Notes under the pieces: generated by a model
Told to the model about the DNA's origin: nothing
What the model saw: only the letters and a program-made list of their open reading frames with translations
The model's database searches: none
Position numbers and translations under genes: made by a program
DNA from: Vicinamibacteria bacterium
GTDB lineage: Bacteria; Acidobacteriota; Vicinamibacteria; Marinacidobacterales; Marinacidobacteraceae
Assembly: GCA_963668695.2 (NCBI GenBank)
Contig: CAXXLQ010000004.1
Coordinates: 2,592,001-2,656,000, forward strand
Reading direction: 5' to 3'
Length of the DNA: 64,000 bases
Shown: piece after piece, positions 61,845 through 64,000 of the stretch
Layout: the number at the start of each line of letters is the position of its first letter
How positions within the stretch are numbered: position 1 is the first letter of the stretch

Positions 61845-62684
61845 TCAGGGTTCGCTTACCAGGTATGCAATCCAGGTTTCGTCGGCGGAGCCTTCGGTGA
61901 CCTCGTCGAACTCCCCGTTGCCGTCACCGTTTTCGTCGGCCCCTTCCCAGAGCACGACGGTTTTCGAGAACCCCGCCTCCGCCAGGAGTTCATGGAGCTC
62001 GGGAAGCGACCAGAAACGCCACTGGTAGCGGAAGGCGTTTCTCAGCCGGCTCCCATCCGGAAACTCGTAGTGGATCGCGCACCGCATGCGTCCGCTGATG
62101 GGGTCGAAGGCCACCTGGTCCCAGATGAAGTCGAATCCGTCCTCTTCGCGCGCGTACTCCTTTTCTTCGTGGCAATCCGAACCACCGTAGGCGTCGATAA
62201 AGAAGAGTCCGTCGGAGTTGAGAGTTCTTCGGACGCGCTCGAAGTAGTCCCGCACCAGGTCCCGCGTCTCGAAGATCCAGTAGCTGAAGTTCATCGCGGC
62301 GATCAGATCCACCCGGGGCTCGGTGACATCCAGGACGTCGCTTTCGACCAGGTCGATCCGCCCTTGTTCCGAGCGGCTCAGTTTCGCGATGTTGTTTTCG
62401 CGGCCCCAGGCGAGCGGGTCCGGATCGAGATCCACCCCGATCGCCCGGCTTTCGGGATGCCGTACGACAAATTCGCAGGAGAGGGCGGCGGTGCCGCAAA
62501 AATCCTCGCGGAAGGAGAGCGCCCGGCGAGCGCGACGGCGGTGAAATTCGTCATCCAGGAAAGCGGCGTCGGCCGGCGCGTCCTGAACCGAATTCTGGTA
62601 GAGCAGATAGCGGTCCGCCCGGTCGGCCATCGACGGACGGCGCCTGCCGCCCCGGCTCGGGCTTCGACTCACGCGACGACTCAT
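61845..62684 (-). CDS. Class I SAM-dependent methyltransferase
   Basis: LYQNSVQ, REDFCGTA, GVDLD, AMNFSYWIF, F.YQWRFWSLPEL. Confidence 0.9.
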   Translation of the reverse strand: MSRRVSRSPSRGGRRRPSMADRADRYLLYQNSVQDAPADAAFLDDEFHRRRARRALSFREDFCGTAALSCEFVVRHPESRAIGVDLDPDPLAWGRENNIAKLSRSEQGRIDLVESDVLDVTEPRVDLIAAMNFSYWIFETRDLVRDYFERVRRTLNSDGLFFIDAYGGSDCHEEKEYAREEDGFDFIWDQVAFDPISGRMRCAIHYEFPDGSRLRNAFRYQWRFWSLPELHELLAEAGFSKTVVLWEGADENGDGNGEFDEVTEGSADETWIAYLVSEP

Positions 62685-62696
62685 GCGGCGAGACCG

Positions 62697-62881
62697 TAAC
62701 AGCCGGTGGTGGAACCCGGGTGAGCGCCGAGGCCGGTGAGGCGCCCGGCTGACAAGGCGCGTGAGGGAGGAATACCGGGTGTATTTCGACCGAAACGCAA
62801 CGCAGAGCGCCGCAAGGCGGCGCGGTTCAGGCGGGATGGATCGCCGCTCGAACGCCGCCTGGGTTTCCCCACAGGCTGTTA
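62697..62881 (+). mobile_element. MITE family 1, empty 185-bp copy
   Basis: TAACAGCCGGTGGTGGAACCC / GGGTTTCCCCACAGGCTGTTA; colinear with 40728..40912. Confidence 0.88.
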
Positions 62882-62951
62882 AGGGTTACCCCGGAACGAA
62901 CGTCAGGAGGTGTGATTCAGGGTCATCGGGGGGCTACTCCCCGGCTCTTCG

Positions 62952-63350
62952 TCAGTGCAGCGTGACCGGTTCACTCAACGTGAACTCCGCGATCTCGACC
63001 TTGAAGCGGTCCCCTCCGGGGATCTCCATCAGGTAGGAGCCTCGCATCGAGCCGAAGGGTGCGCGCAGTGGACACCATGAGGAGTAGTGAAAGGACTCGC
63101 CCGGGACGAGATAGGGGCGAGCCCCGACCACTCCGGGACCTCGCACCTCTTCGAGCTGTCCTTCGCCGTGCTCGATGACCCAGTGACGACTCAGGAGTTG
63201 CACCAATTCCTGTGACTCGTTGGTGATGGCGACGTCGTACCGAAACAGCCACGCCGGGTCCGGCTCGGGGCGCCGGTCGGCGAAACGCGCTTCCACATCC
63301 ACTCGAATTCCCCGGGTTATGGAGGAAGAAGTGAAGACCTCCTGGCGCAC
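62952..63350 (-). CDS. apaG: ApaG protein
   Basis: QLLSRHWVI, EVRGPGVVG, GSMRGSY. Confidence 0.95.
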   Translation of the reverse strand: MRQEVFTSSSITRGIRVDVEARFADRRPEPDPAWLFRYDVAITNESQELVQLLSRHWVIEHGEGQLEEVRGPGVVGARPYLVPGESFHYSSWCPLRAPFGSMRGSYLMEIPGGDRFKVEIAEFTLSEPVTLH

Positions 63351-63487
63351 GGATTTGATCGTAGCACGCGGTCAGCCAGCCCGTGGGCGGAGTCGCGTGC
63401 GCACCGAGGTCCCACGGGAAGAGTCGGAATTCGCCAGTTGAGCATCCCCCGAGAGAACCGGGCCGCGCGGTTTTGTCCAGGCGCTGG

Positions 63488-63970
63488 TAGCAGCCGGTGG
63501 TGGAACCCGGGTGAGCGCCGAGGCGGGCGAGACGCCCGGCTGACCAGGCGCGTGAGGGAGGAGCCCCCACCGGGAGAACTGGCCCGGGTGTATTTCGACC
63601 GAAACGCAACACAGAACGGAGCGCAGCGGAGTGGGTAACAGCCGGTGGTGGAACCCGGGTGAGTGCCGGGTCCGGCGAGGCGCCCGGCTGACCAGGCGCG
63701 TGAGGGAGGAGCCCCCACCGGGAGAACTGGGCCGCGCGGGTTTCATTACCGGCTGTTTGGCCGGGATGGATCGCCGGCCGAGCCCCCACCGGGAGAACTG
63801 GGCCGCGCGGGTTTCATTACCGGCTGTTTGGCCGGGATGGATCGCCGGCCGAGCCCCCACCGGGAGAACTGGGCCGCTTGGGTTCCACTACCGGCTGTTT
63901 GGCCGGGATGGATCGCCGGCCGAGCCCCCACCGGGAGAACTGGGCCGCCTGGGTTTCGCCACCGGTTGGT
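63488..63970 (+). mobile_element. Composite MITE family 1 array with 71-bp tandem units and five 18-bp repeats
   Basis: MITE left ends at 63488 and 63636; 18-mers at 63565, 63713, 63784, 63855, 63926. Confidence 0.88.
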
Positions 63971-64000
63971 CGGGCTAGGGTTCGCACCGTGAGCGCTTCT

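Overview
High-GC bacterial chromosomal window, probably Acidobacteriota (inferred from the GWxTD protein, an Acidobacteria-type TonB-dependent receptor and a DUF4097 locus). Housekeeping genes: rpsT, an Mrp-type Na+/H+ antiporter operon, murJ, xerD, tsaC, a DnaJ-class chaperone, lon, lemA with two TPM proteins, PBP1A, recQ and apaG. There is also a block of exported hydrolases (three tandem S9 peptidases among them) and three type II toxin-antitoxin modules. The most unusual feature is a layered set of repeats. A non-palindromic 18-bp unit (CCCCACCGGGAGAACTGG, usually preceded by GC, about 34 copies by manual count, no stop codon in any frame) is inserted into ~185-bp TA-flanked MITEs, into REP-like hairpins and into the 5' end of mrpE. 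Comparing filled and empty sites inside the window gives net +18 (sometimes +19) insertions, tandem re-insertion and recombination between copies. Other notable items: an in-frame RecQ + COG1058/CinA-like fusion, a MITE inserted in the stop codon between an antitoxin and its toxin, and three copies of one gene's 3' end around a TA module. Several single-base frameshifts may be assembly errors. All calls come from manual motif reading; no database searches were run.
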